Origin: Phyllosticta citribraziliensis | Lineage: Eukaryota | Assembly: GCF_038025025.1 (NCBI RefSeq) | Contig: NW_027117345.1 | Location: 806,001-870,000 of the forward strand | Direction: 5' to 3' | DNA length: 64,000 nucleotides | Shown: piece by piece, positions 23,147 to 36,604 of the stretch | How positions within the stretch are numbered: position 1 is the first letter of the stretch | How the letters are laid out: every line of letters begins with the position of its first letter | Position numbers and translations under genes: made by a program | Notes under the pieces: generated by a model | The model's database searches: none | Told to the model about the DNA's origin: nothing | What the model saw: the letters and a program-made list of their open reading frames with translations, nothing else

Positions 23147-25927
23147 TTAGTCGTACAACTCCATGTCTCCGTCTTCTTCCATCTCGGCCGCGGCGTCGTC
23201 CTCGTCGTACATCTCATCATCCTCTTCCAGCTCGCTGTCGCCGTGGTTCGGCAACACCTGGACGTGGCCATTCTCAAGGACAACCTTGGCCGTCTCGCCG
23301 TCGCGGATGTTGCCGCGGAGGATGAGCACCGCCATGCGGTTGAGCACCTCCTTCTCGATGAGGCGAGCAAGCGGACGTGCGCCGTAGGCGGGCGAGTAGC
23401 CGGCGGAGCCCAGGTAGTCGCGTACGTCGTCGGAAATGTCGATGCTGACGTTGCGGCCGTTTTGCTGCAGACGCTTCTGCACCTCGGAGATGCGCAGGTC
23501 GACAATCTTGCGAATCTCCTTCTTGGTGAGCCGGTTGAAGATGACGATGCTCGAAATGCGGTTGAGGAACTCGGGCAAGAAGTAGCTCTGCAGCGCGCCC
23601 ATGACCATTTCGCGCGTGTGCGGGTCGATGCGACCATCGGGTGCGTTAGGTCTTGCGAGGAACTCGGCACCCAAGTTGGAAGTCATGACAACGATACAGT
23701 TGCGCGCGTCGACGATGCGTCCTTGGCCATCGGTAATACGGCCGTCGTCCATGAGTTGCAGGAGAACAGTCAAGACTTCCTTGGCCGCCTTCTCAACTTC
23801 ATCAAACAGCAGGATAGAGAAGGGACGACGGCGGAGGTTCTCAGTCAGCTGTCCACCTGCATCGTGACCGACGTAACCCGGCGGAGCGCCAATCATACGC
23901 GAGAGAGAGTGACGCTCCTGGTACTCGGACATGTCGAAGCGAATCATGGCCTTGGGGTCGTCGAAGAGGAACTCGGCCAAGGCCTTGGTGAGCAGCGTCT
24001 TACCGGTACCCGAAGGACCACAGAAGAGGAACGAAGGCGGGCAGTTTGGATTCGCCAGGCCAGACCGCTGCAGGCGGATAGCGTTGGAGACTGACTGAAC
24101 GGCTTCCTTTTGGCCAACGACGAGATTTCCGAGGTGACGCTCCATGTTGAGCAGCTTGTCCTTCTCAGACGTCTTGAGGCGAGTGACTGGAATGCCGGTC
24201 CAGCGGGCGACGATTTCATTGATCTGGTCAGGTCCAACAGCATCGGTAAGAAGAGAGTGTTCGTCCGTCCGCATCTCAGCGTCGGCCTTGGCCTTGGCAT
24301 GCTCGAGTTGGGCGATGCGCTGCTCGACATCGGGAATGGCGTAGTACTGAAGGTCAGATGCGGTCGAGAGGTCACCGTTGCGCTCAGCCTCGTCACGCTT
24401 GACCTTGAGCTGGTCGAGCTTGATCTTGGCCTCCTGGATTTCCTTGCCGCGAGCCTTTTCACTCTCGTACTTTTCGCGAAGTGGCTTCAGCTCCTCTTCG
24501 ACGTTGGCAGCCTCGGCTCTGGCTTCGCGGAGGCGAGTCTGGGCAGCGTCGTCCTTTTCGCGTTCGAGAGCGTGGATTTCGATTTGCAGCTGGCGAAGCT
24601 TGCGCTCCATCATGTCGAGAGCTTCGGGCTGTGACTCGCGGGTGACTCGAACGGCTGCGGCAGCTTCGTCGATGAGGTCGACGGCAGAGTCGGGCAGGCG
24701 ACGCTGGGTCAGGTAGCGTGCGGCAAGAGTAGCAGCAGAGACAATGGCGCCATCTTGAATGGTGACACCGTGGTGAGTCTCGTACTTTTCCTTCAAGCCA
24801 CGGAGGATGGAAACGGTCTCGGCAATGGACGGCTCCTTGACCAGGACTTGCTGGAAACGACGCTCGAAGGCTTGGTCCTTTTCAATGTACTTTCGGTACT
24901 CGCCCAAGGTGGTTGCACCAATGCAGTGTAGCTGACCGCGGGCAAGCATGGGCTTGAGCAGGTTGGCAGCGTCCATGCCGCCTTCGCCGCTGGATCCAGC
25001 ACCCATGAGCAGGTGGATCTCGTCGACGAAGAGGACAATCATCTCCTTGGAATCCTCAATCTCTTTCAAGACGCCCTTCATCCGCTCCTCAAACTCTCCG
25101 CGGTACTTGCTGCCGGCAACAAGAGCACCAACGTCGAGGGAGAGCAGCTTGCACGCCGCCAGATTGGCGGGCACATCGGCATTGACGATGCGGAGAGCCA
25201 GACCTTCGACAACGGTAGTTTTTCCAACACCGGGCTCACCAATCAAGACCGGGTTGTTCTTGGTCCGTCTCGTCAGGATGCGGATGACGCGTCTGATTTC
25301 CTCCTCACGGCCAATGACGGGATCAATCTTGCCTTCCCTCGCCATGGACGTCATGTCAATGGTAAACTTCTTAAGGTTTTCATGTTCCTCCTCGGCGTCT
25401 GCCGTCTTGGAGTCGACTCTTCTCGAGCCCCGAATCTGTTGGATGGCTTGGTCGATGAGCTTGGGGTTCGGGATGTTTGACTCGGCCAGGCATTTCTGGA
25501 TGGAAGAGTCTTGCGCAAGCGATTGGATCAGGTGGTCGACGGCGATGTAGCTGTCCTTTTGGGTCTTTTGCAGCTCGTGAGCTGCTCTGAGGACCTTGGA
25601 AAAGGACGGGGCGAGCGAGACGTGCTCTGGGGGAGGGTCTTGGCTGGGCAGGCGGACGAGGGCCTTCTTGAGAGCTCTGTCCAGCTGCTGAGGATCGCCG
25701 TGTGCACGCTCTACCACTTGGCGGAAGAGTGGAGACGAGGCCGCGGTGTGGGATTCGTGCGAGGTTGCTTGCTGATCCTTGGAGAGGTCGGGCGGTGGGT
25801 CGACGAGGGAGACGGCGACGTGGAGGGGCATAAGCTGCGAGTGCGAGTATTGTGATGCGAGTTCTTGAGCATCTTGCAACGCCTTTGCGGCGCGCTCGGT
25901 AAACTGCATGCCGTTTGTGGCGGACAT
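23147..25927 (-). CDS. HSP104: Hsp104/ClpB AAA+ disaggregase, intronless
   Basis: 926-aa ORF with two AAA modules ([16 protein letters not shown]), [23 protein letters not shown] and GAPPGYVG. Confidence 0.97.
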   Translation of the reverse strand: MSATNGMQFTERAAKALQDAQELASQYSHSQLMPLHVAVSLVDPPPDLSKDQQATSHESHTAASSPLFRQVVERAHGDPQQLDRALKKALVRLPSQDPPPEHVSLAPSFSKVLRAAHELQKTQKDSYIAVDHLIQSLAQDSSIQKCLAESNIPNPKLIDQAIQQIRGSRRVDSKTADAEEEHENLKKFTIDMTSMAREGKIDPVIGREEEIRRVIRILTRRTKNNPVLIGEPGVGKTTVVEGLALRIVNADVPANLAACKLLSLDVGALVAGSKYRGEFEERMKGVLKEIEDSKEMIVLFVDEIHLLMGAGSSGEGGMDAANLLKPMLARGQLHCIGATTLGEYRKYIEKDQAFERRFQQVLVKEPSIAETVSILRGLKEKYETHHGVTIQDGAIVSAATLAARYLTQRRLPDSAVDLIDEAAAAVRVTRESQPEALDMMERKLRQLQIEIHALEREKDDAAQTRLREARAEAANVEEELKPLREKYESEKARGKEIQEAKIKLDQLKVKRDEAERNGDLSTASDLQYYAIPDVEQRIAQLEHAKAKADAEMRTDEHSLLTDAVGPDQINEIVARWTGIPVTRLKTSEKDKLLNMERHLGNLVVGQKEAVQSVSNAIRLQRSGLANPNCPPSFLFCGPSGTGKTLLTKALAEFLFDDPKAMIRFDMSEYQERHSLSRMIGAPPGYVGHDAGGQLTENLRRRPFSILLFDEVEKAAKEVLTVLLQLMDDGRITDGQGRIVDARNCIVVMTSNLGAEFLARPNAPDGRIDPHTREMVMGALQSYFLPEFLNRISSIVIFNRLTKKEIRKIVDLRISEVQKRLQQNGRNVSIDISDDVRDYLGSAGYSPAYGARPLARLIEKEVLNRMAVLILRGNIRDGETAKVVLENGHVQVLPNHGDSELEEDDEMYDEDDAAAEMEEDGDMELYD

Positions 25928-26210
25928 GGTGTGTGGTTTCGGAGGAAAAGGGTATCAAACAAGAAGAACAAAGGTGAGAGGGGTGGGTGTGGTTAAGAGT
26001 CTGAACGACCCAAGAGTGTTTGTCTTGTTGTCGTGTTTGGTGGTGTGTGACTGTGTTTTGGATGGAGAGGAAACGTAGTGTGAGACGGGCAATATATGGC
26101 GAGCGGGGGTGGAGTGAGTTGTGGATGCTAGAAGCAACGATGGAGGAGCCAGAAGCGTCGTGGGGGTGGTGGAGGGTACTGGGCGGGTCGAGCATGATCC
26201 CGGTGCGGAG

Positions 26211-26236
26211 CGAAGCTTCGGGATGCTTCCAGGAAG
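26211..26236. promoter_or_regulatory. Heat-shock element upstream of HSP104
   Basis: cGAAg cTTCg gGATg cTTCc aGGAAg: alternating nGAAn/nTTCn units about 290 bp upstream of the HSP104 ATG. Confidence 0.7.
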
Positions 26237-27126
26237 CCTGATCGCCCGACCCCCCGACGTCACTCACCTCACCTCACCTTATCGATAAGCACGCAAGGCT
26301 GACGGAGACCTGACGGCCCCCTTGACCGGTCCCGAAAAAGCAATCAATCTACATCTGATGTGTCTGCTGGCACTTCACTTGCCCTCTGAATCCGGATAAA
26401 TGCCTCCTCCATCTTCGCCTCATACTCCACGCCGCACGCTGACGACCACCACCGGGCATCCAATCCTCCCCTGACACGACTCGTCAATCACCACGGGGAG
26501 GCCCATCCAACGACCAAAGATCTCCAAGAGTTCTATTGTTTGTGCTTCATCTAGTGGCTTCTACTGCACTCTCTTCACTCCACAAAATCCCCCGTTTCAG
26601 CCTCATCGCCTGCAGACCCACCCTCATCCCCGCAGAATCTACCCTCCACCCGTAACCCTCTCACCACCTGCTCCTTTTGTAATCTTGGCCTCCACCTTCG
26701 TGCCAGCCTTTTACATGATACTGGGATATTAAGTTTCCATCAGATGACGAAAGGGGACATGTCATGCTGCTGGTCTTTGGAATTCTAAGTAATGATTCGT
26801 GCTGTCCTCTGGGCGCACTGGGGTATATGGTATGCTGCTCCGGTTTCCTGAATGGCTTTCTTGGTGTGATTTAAAGGAAAGATGCGGCTCTTTTGGGACA
26901 AATTCAAAATGAGGTTCTTGTTGACGACAGGGAAGAAAGGCATGTTTTGTGTGGGCAGCCGGCCAATCACGACCCCTCAACGTGGTATGCTGGACCGGAA
27001 TAAAAGGCCACGGTACGGGACCTCCGTCTTGCCATCCTTGTCCCTCTTTCAGGTATTACGAGCTCGAGTTTCCGTCTCCATCGCTTGGCGCAGAGAACTA
27101 ATGCTCCCTTTGCCCACCGTGTCCCA

Positions 27127-29684
27127 CTAGAATCCATCATGCGTGCCACGACCTCTGAGACCGATTCTAGGCCGAAGCGTCGACTTGTGGGACAATGGGG
27201 ACTGCTGACCTTGCCCCAGACGAAAAGGGTCGCGGACGCGACCTCCTCGGACCACGGGCGTGTTTCCCGTGCAAAAGACGCAAATGTAGACCGAAGGCAA
27301 AGACTCTGCTTGAAGAGGAAGCCCCATGCATCGCGCGTGCTGCCACTTGCTGCACGATTCGCATTGGACCATCAACTGCCCGTCCCACTCGGTCGAGTTG
27401 CAGACGCATCGCGTTCCGCTGTCCGAAGTTCCGCTAAAGTCGGTAGTGGGCGAGAAGATGGTGGAGCTGCCCGAAGCCGTTGCACTCGTTGGAGTCAGGG
27501 AAAAGTCATCGCTGAATGGGTCGAACAAAGGCCCTGCACTCCGGTCCTTTCTGCACATGTCGGCCGACGCTTTCCAACGCTCGTTGTGAGCTTCAAGCGT
27601 TTGTGCTCTCGAGTTGACACTGTCTGTGGGGATCACGTCAGCCGATCGCCGAAAAGGAGTGTTACAAGGGTTGCCAACCTTGCCGTTTCATCTTGGTTTC
27701 CTCCAGCATTCTTTTGAGTGCGTCTTGAGCGTCATCATCTTCCGAATTTCGGCCTTCGGGCAGGAACTTGCCATCTTTGCGCGTGTTCTCGCCCAAAACA
27801 TTACCTTGGCTCATCCCGTCGCTTCGTAAATCTTCAAACGACCCCAGCTTGATCGGCGTAGTCTCCGTAGAGAGCTGTCCGAGCCTTCGTGACAGCTCAC
27901 CTGTAAATGACCCGATAGAGCTGGACCTAAGGGTCTTGGTAGTCTGGGATCTACTGAGGAAGCTGCCAACTCGGCTCTTGCCAGAATTCCGTCGGGACAT
28001 GGGAGTACCCTGTAAAGTCCTCTGTTGACTGGGATTTTGGTGATCATTTCCGCGGTCAGAGTCACTGTCGTCTTCCCACAATCCAGAGTATCGAGTGCGA
28101 TGGTCAACCGACCTACGAGGCGAGCCTTCTCCTCTAATCGTCTCGGTTCTTGCGTTTCCATGCTGGTCAATGACGAGGCGTGTCTTGGGGCGCGTGGCGG
28201 CGTGCTCCGAAATTGCTGTCAGAGATGTTTGGTTTCCACGCTTCAAAGGAGAATTTCTTCTGGGAGGCTCGTTGAGAAGGGGACGTCTCCCTTCAGCGCT
28301 CGCCGATCTTCCCACAAGCCCAGAGTGTGTATTGCTCCTTTGAAGCCCTGGTTTGGCCGTGGCCATTGTCGACAGAGGGTTGGAAGACTCGAAGAATGGC
28401 TCCGGCACTTTTTCCAGTGCCAGCCTCTTCTCTCGTTCGGCCTCCAGGTTTTGTTGTTCATACGGCTGCCGCTGTCCAGGATTGGAGACTGGCTGGGGAG
28501 GAAACGGAGAGGAGAAAAGTGAGTCACCAGCGAAGCTGAAAAGCATGTTTGGATCGACCCCTGTCGTGGTCGCCACAAAAGGGTCGTCCAAACAAGGCGT
28601 CGATGCTGCACCGCCCGTGATTTTCTGCAGCTCTGCTGATGTAGTCATTGGCAATGCAGGCGTTGTCCAGGAGTCACCAGATACATCCAGCGATGAAGAA
28701 TCTATCCTGTTCGCGTCAGATGTCGTCGCTGACTGCTGAAAATTAAACAAGTTTTGACCGTGGGATGGAGTGAAACCAAACGGATCTTCCGAAGCAGGTG
28801 CCCCAAATGGTGCAACCTCTGCCGAAGAATTTTGGTCCCAGATGAACCGTGGCTGTGGGGGGACCGGGGCCCTGGTAGGCACAGCATTCCCATACCTGTT
28901 CGTTTCCAGGCTGAGTTGCAGGTTCGGAAATAAGGGTGGGCCTGGACGCTGACCAAAGGCCGTTGTAGAGGTTGCTGGGGCAGAGTCTCGTCGGGGAAAC
29001 AGGGCCGATGGGGTGTTGAAGGGGAAATTTCTGACATCAAAGGTCCTGGTCCTGGTGGAAGACGGGTCCCTGGTAGGGGGAGGCGTTTGGATCTGTGGAG
29101 TACCCATGGCCTCGTTTCCTGAAGCAGAGAACAGGTTTGATGCCTCTGCGGTACTCCGAGTGTCGGTTGGAGAAACCAATGGCCCCGGACTCGATGCTAG
29201 TCGACGAGAAGGATCTACCGGCGGCAGTGGAAGATTTGGCGTCGAAGAATAGTGATTGACGTGGAAGCCGGGGTTCTCTATTGGCTGGCTATGTGTATTG
29301 CAGCTCAGCGGTCTCTCAATTATACCGGATCTGGGTAAGAGCGGCGTCCTCGTTGGAGTTTGCTGCGCATTTGCTCGAGGAGTCGACCAGGCATCGAAAA
29401 AGTGAGATTGGAATGCGTCCGTTCGTGGAGTATAACACAAGCTTTCGGAAAAGGTAGCCGACTTTGGTGTCGAGCTTGGACTTGGTAAGCGCCAGTCGGT
29501 GATGCTAGATGGACGGAACAAGTCAGCCACGCCAGCCGAGGACGAACCAAAAGAGAGGTAGCGCCAATGGTGATTGAGAGAAACAATTCGAGGCAGAAAC
29601 AGGCCGATTGACATGTCACGCAAAACAGAGAAAGGTCGACGAGGTTGGAGCATACCCATACATGCGCTGTTGGTCCAAATTCAT
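27127..29684 (-). CDS. Ser/Pro-rich protein with C-terminal PHD finger (3 exons)
   Basis: Exon 1 MNLDQQRMYG (ATG 29684, GTATGC donor) splices in frame to ITDWRLPSPSSTP. Last exon carries TRCVC..MVQCESCSKWQHARC..YICVFC (C4HC3). Confidence 0.8.
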
Positions 29685-31384
29685 GACAGAGACAGCTTGA
29701 ATCCTTCTGAAGCCCCGTCTACGGAAACCCCAGCGCCGTGAAAAATGTGGGTATAGAATCAATGCTCGACAAGCGGGGAAAGCCAGCGGATCGGCGTTGA
29801 GGGCGTTCGAGGTGAACGAGGGCTGGCAAGAAGGTGCAGAGTCGGACCGGCCGGAGGATTGCCAGTCGGGATGAGGTCCAGTCTGCGGCTAGGCGGTGGG
29901 AGAATTGGAGAGGACGGCTGCGGCAGAGGTTTCGGACAGGGTGACGGAGGGTTGTCGCAGGCGCGGGAGTGAGGCGAGAGGGGACGAGCACAGCGAGAGG
30001 CGTGAGGTTTGGGACGTGGGAGCTCCCTGCAGGCGGAGAGACAAGTGAGGGAGGCCCTTGGTCCTTGGGAGGGCAGAGGGCTAGGCGTGAGGCCCCAGGA
30101 GTAGAGAGGGAGAGGGAGGGTGGTGATGGAGGGCAGCACGAAGCAATATCAAACGCGGGCGAGGAGAGGGGTGGTGTAGGTCGGGTACGGTAGTTGGACG
30201 ACGTGGACGGGAGCCCGGACAGCGGCCGCAAGCAGCATGGCGCGGGGGACGGTGATGATATTCCATTATGCTGTCCGTCTGTTCCTGGCTGGCGTACATA
30301 CATGGAAATGTGCTGTGCTGAAGAAATGGACGGCAAGGGCTGGTCCTAAGCTCCAGTCGCCGCCTTGGCTCGACCCATCCATGCACACAGCACAAACCCC
30401 TGCCCAGCCCACCCCGTCTGCCAGCTCACCACCCACCTCTCCTCCAACCCGACCCCATCCATTGTGTGCCGCTCGCAATCATCATCCGTCCGCCCCGTCC
30501 ACTCTTGCTTGTCCAACGTGCCGCAGATGACGCTCAACCCTGCAAGGTACGCTGGCCCAGAGATTGCATTCCTCGCTCACGCACAATACCTTGGCTGCCC
30601 CCGTGCAACATCTGTCTGAGACACCGCAGGCCCGCCGTCTCAATCGCCTGCATCTTCTTCCGTACGAGGACTACTCTGGAGTATTTGAGGCGCTGCGGCT
30701 GCCGGTCTTCGGGCTGCGTCTTGTCATCACCACAATTGCTGCCATTTTGCGCCCATCTCACGTCTCTCAACTCGCAGCTCCAGCCGCGCGGGAGCACCCA
30801 CACGGCCAAGCCTTGGTCACTGATCATGTCCCTTCCGTGACGGCTAGAAACAATGTAGGCCAACGTTGCCGGCTCGTGGAACTGAGACACCGTTGAGATC
30901 TTCGAGAGGGTGTGTTAGGGCCGCACTCGCCGGCCCAACCTTAAAAATCCAGTTGCAGCTACGCTAAAGCACCATGGCTCCCTTGAATCCGCCGGAGCAA
31001 ACCGCTGCCTGCAAAACCGCCAACCCACCGCCACCCGGATGCTCTTGACGGACAGGGAGAAAGAAAAAGAAAAAAAGTCAATTGCCCAGTAGCAAAAGCT
31101 CGGCACAAGTTCGAGGGGAATGCTTGCGCTCTGAGAAGCACGCTCTTTTCGCCTGACAAAGAAGAGGAAATGCAAATGTCACCTAGGATACCAGGTGTGA
31201 CCTGACCAACGCCTTCGGGAAACACCAAAACACCGCCAGAATGACATGCTCCGTCGCTGCGCCGCCTCGCTTCAGCCACAAAAGAAGCCCGTCCCATCGC
31301 ACCCGAGGGGAAACGTTTGGACGAGCAAAAGAAAAGACCAGCCACACAGCCCTGCCGTGGCCCCGTGAGCATCACCGCATCTGA

Positions 31385-32422
31385 CTAAACGGCTGAGTGC
31401 ACCAAGGGCCGCCCGTCATTGCGCTCGCTGCGGTCATTGCGGATGTACGAAAAATCCGACACCTCGGAGTACTGGTCATCGTCCTCGTCGACCGGATCCG
31501 CAAACGGGTTTCGTAGGGGAGCGTGCTGCTGGCTGATGGTGCTGACGGGAAGGAAGCCATCGTCTGATATCGCCCTCGAGCGTATGCTGGCTTCTCGCGA
31601 GAGCGGCGGCACGCTGCATGGCTTGTATGGTGGTGGAGGCTCCTCGTGGAATTCGCCGTCCATGACAAAACCGGCCGGCCGGTTGTGACTCCGCACCGAG
31701 TTTGACCGGACGGAAAAGGCTTCGGACGTGTCGAGTCCAGAAAAGTAGGTGCTTGAGGGTGCTACTGACGAGATGATGACCGGAGCCGGAGGCGACAGCG
31801 CTGGACTTGTTTCGCTTGTGGTCAGACGTTCGGAGCTTCGCGCCGGCGATCGGTATTGCGGCGGATCCCCCCGATGCTCTGCAACTTCGTCTCCCACGTG
31901 CATTTTCATTTCCGCTTGTTCTGCCATTCTCCGGCGTTGGTGTCGGCGGCGCAGGATCATCCAGATGGCCAAGCTGACGACAGTGACGGCGATGAGCGGC
32001 AGCATGGTGGCCGCCAGGATCTTGCCGGTCGAAGGACCCGACGAGTCTTTTGAGTAGGAGGTGGAGTGGTCGCCCGGTGATGAGTGGCCGCCATCGCTTT
32101 GGGGATTCGCGGAGGTCAGGCCAGTGGCAGATGCAGTGGATCCAGACGAGGTCAGAGTCATAAAGGTGCTGGGACCGCCCGTGGTGCCGGCAGAGTCGCC
32201 GGTGGGCAAGCCTGTGGCCGCGGTGTTGGTCGCTTTAGTGCCAAAGTACTTGGCGCTCATGCTGCTTTGACAGGTTTCGTCGCAGCCAGCGGTGGGTCGC
32301 GAGCCAGGGTAGGAGATGGTCGACGGCATGGCGAAGATGGTGGAGAGGACGGCGGAAGGGGAAAGGTCGTCGTTGGAAGACCAAAGGTCCTCTTCGCTTC
32401 TTGGGCGGACAATGGGCATCAT
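31385..32422 (-). CDS. Single-pass membrane protein with Ser/Thr-rich ectodomain and cytosolic PPPY motif (Mid2/Skg6-like architecture)
   Basis: S/T/G-rich N-terminus, hydrophobic ILAATMLPLIAVTVVSLAIWMIL followed by RRRHQRRR, then EEPPPPY and NPFADP. Start codon uncertain. Confidence 0.7.
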   Translation of the reverse strand: MMPIVRPRSEEDLWSSNDDLSPSAVLSTIFAMPSTISYPGSRPTAGCDETCQSSMSAKYFGTKATNTAATGLPTGDSAGTTGGPSTFMTLTSSGSTASATGLTSANPQSDGGHSSPGDHSTSYSKDSSGPSTGKILAATMLPLIAVTVVSLAIWMILRRRHQRRRMAEQAEMKMHVGDEVAEHRGDPPQYRSPARSSERLTTSETSPALSPPAPVIISSVAPSSTYFSGLDTSEAFSVRSNSVRSHNRPAGFVMDGEFHEEPPPPYKPCSVPPLSREASIRSRAISDDGFLPVSTISQQHAPLRNPFADPVDEDDDQYSEVSDFSYIRNDRSERNDGRPLVHSAV

Positions 32423-35400
32423 GCTGACTATATGGACAATTGGGTTTTGATCAAGCCGCACTGGCGCGTCATCTGTGGGCTCAGGTAAGCGTCAGCACTC
32501 ATCTCAACCGGCGGTCGCTGGGCTGGGAGCAAGAGCAGGCAGGAGGAGCGGGGCCGAATCACGGACAACTTGAGGTTACAGTACAGACTGGGCTTATCGA
32601 TAGCCGGTCGTTTCAAGCCATGACGCTCCGACGGACGAAGGAAGCTCCACTGGCGATGGCCGTGTGGGCCGTAGTGTGGTGTTGACCTGACGGACGGTGG
32701 AGGTGAGAGGGAGCTGAGGGCACGATGAGACGAGACGAGACGGGCGACGAGCCATGATAAAGGCTGCCGAGTGCAAGCCCCCGTATCCCGGGCCCCAGCT
32801 ACCGTACTGTGCTTGCCGGTGCTGTAGGTAGGTAGGTATACGGTACTGCAGAGCGTCAAGGGCTGGGCTGGGCTGGGATGCGCGGGAGGGGCTGTGTGCC
32901 GCCGACAGCGAATAGCAATCGGATCCCAGCTGCAGCACCAGTCAATCAAGTCAGTCTGTATTTTTGGCTTCTCTCGTCCTTCTCACTTCCATGCAGCCAA
33001 AACCCACCTCTGACCACTACTCTTCTGACTGTCCCGCCGCAAACCAAGTCTGACGAGCATTGTGTGTGCCCTGGTGGCCCACTAAGCACCTCTAGCGTCC
33101 CCGGCCATGTCGAGCTTGCTCAGGTCGTGGGAGCACAACCGCCGCCCCCCAAGTTCCCGATCGCTGTCGCTGTCAAACAAATCCAACTAAACAAAGGCGA
33201 CCAGGTGTATTTCCCTCTTGCAGCCCGACAGCTTGCAATCGCCCTGTCCCTCCCTCCGTCTTGTTCTTTTGCGCCCAAAGCCCCAGCCCAGCGCGCGCGC
33301 CAAAATCTCCCATCGCCATGGGACGAGCCAGGTCCAGCCCGTCTGCCACGGCAACCGACCGACCGACGGACGGCTACTATCTGCGCCTCTATGTTTTAGT
33401 TGCCGTTGGTCGCGCTCGCGCCACCGCTGCGCTTGGCTTCTTTTTCCAGTCGCCCGGCCCTGTAGCGCGGCGCTTGCTATGTATGCACCCGGATCTCTCT
33501 GATCCGAACAGGACCAACGGGGCCCCGCGCCGCCTGTGCCTTCGCACGCTGCTGGTCGAAGTCGCTCGTTGGCAGCGAGCAGATTGCGATGCGTGCGAGA
33601 TGCGCCTTGTCGTCCGTCTCGCGCTCCAGTGTGCAGAGTGCGGGCGGTAGTCATGGACTCTTCTCTTTTGCGTTCGGCGTCACGAGCCAAATCAGTGCTA
33701 GTTACTGCTCCCGTTTGCCGGGATAGCGCGTTTGACGTAGAAGGCGGCGGGGTAGTGTGTGAGGTGTGGGTTCCGTTGCAGCAGCTGGATGGAGGGAGGG
33801 AATCTGTTTTGAATCAGACTTCGTCCTCCCGGCGCGGCGGCGGCGGCAGCAGCACCACCACCACCACCATGTTTCCACTGCACCACACCTCAGCGTGTCA
33901 AGCTGGCAGCCAGTCTTGACCGACGCGGCTAAGAAACGTGCCTATTTCTGTGCCGTCGCTGGTTTCGACCTCGGCCAATGACATTTTACCTCCCCCGCCG
34001 AAAATGTAAATGCTGGCTCAAACCTTGATCGCTCGCGTGGCTCGGCGCTGCGGCTATGGCCGCTTTAGACTGCTGGCTGTGATGTCAAAATGATTGCTGC
34101 TGCTTCGAGTTGATCTCCTCGGCATCTCCCTGTCTGTGCCAACCAAGGTCAGTCACACTGGACGACTGCAGAGCGGGTGAACGGGTGCGAGAGAGAATAT
34201 ACATGGAGATCGCCGACATTCAGGTCGCTTTTTTGCCAGGGGCTTTCGGGTCGTCCCTTCATCTAAGCGTGGGATCTCACGGCATGTTGGACATGTTGAG
34301 AATGCCGGTCAACTGCTTCGTCCTTGCTCTCTCCCCTGTTGCCGATGCACTCACATCCTTTAGACGCTCGGGGAGTAAGTAGGTACCTTGGCGGTTGAAT
34401 GAGCTCATGCGTGAGACGCGGGCGAGAGACACCGTGAATGTCAGGATGCGGTGCCCGAAAGTGGGAAGTTTGCTTTCACTGCTCGTCTATCCGTCTGCAC
34501 TTGTTGCATTGGGGATGCAGGTGTTTCGAAACGAAGTGTGTGGTTTCGATTTCCTAGCAGTCAGCTGCCTCAAATAAAGTCCACTCCTTGTTGCGATGCC
34601 CAGTTGCTCTCTTCGAAGTCGATGTACTCATTACTCGGCCTGGCTCACCCATGAATTCATTTGGACGATCAATCTTCGCACGTCCAGCCGATGACAACCA
34701 AGTCGACCGACTCCAAGCGACTAAGTACTTGGCGATTCTGCGACAGCGTCCAAGAAAACAGATTCGGCCACACCAAGCTAACGCCTTGCCGAAAGCGTCG
34801 GCCTAATGCCACTCTTGTCAATCGCGACTGGAGGAGCGGGAATTAAAGACCCTCCCACGCTCCTTTGCATGGCTAAATCGGGTCTGTCTGTTGGTCTGGG
34901 CAGCGCGTGACAGCCAAACAAACGGGCGGCTCCTAGATGCCTTGGCCCGAAGCGTAGACAAGGTAAACCCCCAAGGCACGCTAGGTCCATGTAGTGCTTA
35001 CAAGGAACAGGGCCAGCCGTCTGTCGTCTGGATCCCTTCTGTGGCAGGCACCCTTGGGCCTGTGCCGAGAAAGCGCTCATGAATTGTGTCTGGGGATGGA
35101 TTTGGATGGCCAAGACCAAGACGAGTGGCATACTGGAAGACACGAGAGAGGGTGATTTTCGCCCCGACAGCGTGCGAGAATGCACTCGAAGCTAATGAAC
35201 CCGGTGCAATTTGTCGATACACACATCTTTCCAATGACATCATTTCAAAGGATCGATTGCTCTTCCAGCTCTTCATCCTAGACGGCGACAATGCAAGCAG
35301 TTGGTGATCTTGGAAAGACATACCGAAGCAGCTGGTCCCTTGACGAAACTGATCGTTCCCTGGATTCTGTTGAAGACTTGGCCCGTCTCCACATCTGCGC

Positions 35401-36604
35401 GCTGCTCACGCGCACTGATTCTGCTTGCTGCGAGGCAACTTGGCTGCCTCTCTCCCGCCAGGACATTCAAGCCTCGCGCTCGCTGCATTCAGATCTCACT
35501 CTGATTTGCGAAGGAGTGGGACATGGACCAAACCTTGGTTTTTGTTGGTGGTTGAGTGCATACAATCCTGCGCAATGGGTGTCACTCGCCTTCTGCTGCG
35601 CCGCTGCCTGTTGAATGCCGCGAGCCGGACTTGTTGGTACCAAGGCGACGCCGCTGCTGTTGGCACTCACATCCGTCACCCTCAAATAAGAAATTGATGG
35701 ATGATCGTCAGCGGATGAAGCGTCAATAATCCCCCCACATTCAACGGTAATTCGACAACTTGGCATTCCTGGCTGATCCTGAGCTTCTCGGGGCGTGTTT
35801 GGACCAGAATGACGGAAATACATCGGAGCGCATATGCACTGCATAACGCCAAAAGGCAGAAGCCGGAGGCGTCTTAAGCAGATGCTGATAAGTCGAAGCC
35901 AACAAGGGACTTTCGTTTGTCGAGCGCTGCACAGCCGTCTCAGTCGCCGTCAGTAGTACGGCCCCACGATGTATTGCCCTTGGCAGTGAGAAGCCTCTTA
36001 CGTCTTGTCAACTGTCGTTTGTGGCGTGGAATAGGTGCCGATGGGCTGTTTGCTAGCCCGAAACACACATGACCTGCTGCGGCTCTGCCAAACAATGGGC
36101 GTCCGGCCGTTTCTTATCAAGACTTCCGGTTGACGTGAAGCCAAGGCATGGGTTGGTGAGCGCGATGCGGTGTGGAGACCTCTCGGGAACGGGCTTCAGA
36201 GCCTCGTGGAGATCTCATCGTGCGACTGATGTGAGACAGCTCGAACTGAGGTCGGGCATTTGCGGAGGTACTTCCAGAAACGGGGCGCGGCATCGTCCGG
36301 AGCCGCATCGGAATGTGTGGGGTATGCGTGCAGGCCGGAGCTGTCATGAGTGGGTTGGTTTTGGGGAAAGGGAAACATGGATCTTTTGACTGAAGCGTGG
36401 ATTTGGTGAACAGACGTCGAAGTTGTCGGTTGGGGGACTTGGTCTTGGTCCCTCGCGAAAGTCGCGGCCGCCCTCCCGTCATGGCGAAGACGTCGACAAC
36501 GCAAAACTCGCACCCCAACTCGACTGTCATCACACATCGAGCGACGTGCAAGCCGAACGCATCGACACCCTCGCCACCGGTCAGCCCCATCGTTCTTTTC
36601 GAAA

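Noticed and set aside
22934..25550. Long + strand ORFs (e.g. 386 aa at 22934-24094) opposite HSP104
   Set aside because: Antisense shadows of a GC3-biased coding sequence with no family features. The same applies to ORFs opposite BUD22, EMP65 and GEM1.
26706..26714. GCCTTTTAC, identical to U5 snRNA loop 1
   Set aside because: The flanks do not form the closing stem and no Sm site or U5 structure is evident.
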